From: Lama glama
Lineage: Eukaryota
Direction of reading: 5' to 3'
NCBI GenBank assembly: GCA_028534125.1
Contig: CM052818.1
Coordinates: 36,334,001-36,398,000 of the forward strand
DNA: 64,000 nucleotides
Both the position numbers and the translations under genes were made by a program. The notes under the pieces are model-generated. The model ran no database searches and was not told the DNA's origin. It saw nothing but the letters and a program-made list of their open reading frames with translations. Below are positions 63,870 through 64,000 of the stretch, in pieces (the first letter of the stretch is position 1; every line of letters begins with the position of its first letter).

Positions 63870-64000
63870 GTATGTTTTGTTGTTTTTGAAAGGAGGAAGT
63901 ACTTATATTTGTCATTTAGATATATCCTTTAAGTAATACATAGTGTAATGCCTTACAGTTGGAATATAGATATTGATAGTGTTAATGCCAACGAGTAACT

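Noticed and set aside
1..64000. CRISPR arrays, operons or other prokaryote-type systems, and the remaining short ORFs in the track
   Set aside because: The window is mammalian intron-rich DNA with no regularly spaced repeat array; the short ORFs fall in repeats or are off-frame or antisense overlaps of real exons.

Overview
Mammalian genomic DNA, very probably from a camelid, judged from about 11 copies of a tRNA-Ala-derived Vic-1-type SINE. It holds the 5' parts of two head-to-head genes. UBXN2A (minus strand) has a non-coding exon 1 in a CpG island near 23.6-23.9 kb and five coding exons at 9378-9418, 6644-6782, 4314-4420, 1126-1263 and 1-51 (the last runs off the window). ATAD2B (plus strand) has a CpG island near 31.3-32.4 kb, its ATG at 32000, and coding exons 1-8 up to 63869; its AAA+ and bromodomain exons lie beyond the window. 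All coding junctions are GT-AG and the frames join without stops. The rest is intronic or intergenic DNA rich in L1, L2/MIR, hAT and ERV1 LTR remnants. I see no evidence for a wholly new biological system. The most noteworthy items are: an old processed copy of what looks like the snoRNA-host lncRNA SNHG32 (C6orf48) in UBXN2A intron 1; several atypical retrotransposition products (SINE with 3' transduction, tailless SINE, L1-mobilised LTR fragment, nested tailless and internally deleted L1s, poly(A)-only inserts); a palindrome with two perfect octamer sites upstream of ATAD2B; a strong-Kozak uORF in the ATAD2B leader; and splice signals suggesting a long UBXN2A isoform driven from the ATAD2B promoter. 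Gene and repeat family names come from recognition from memory, not database searches.
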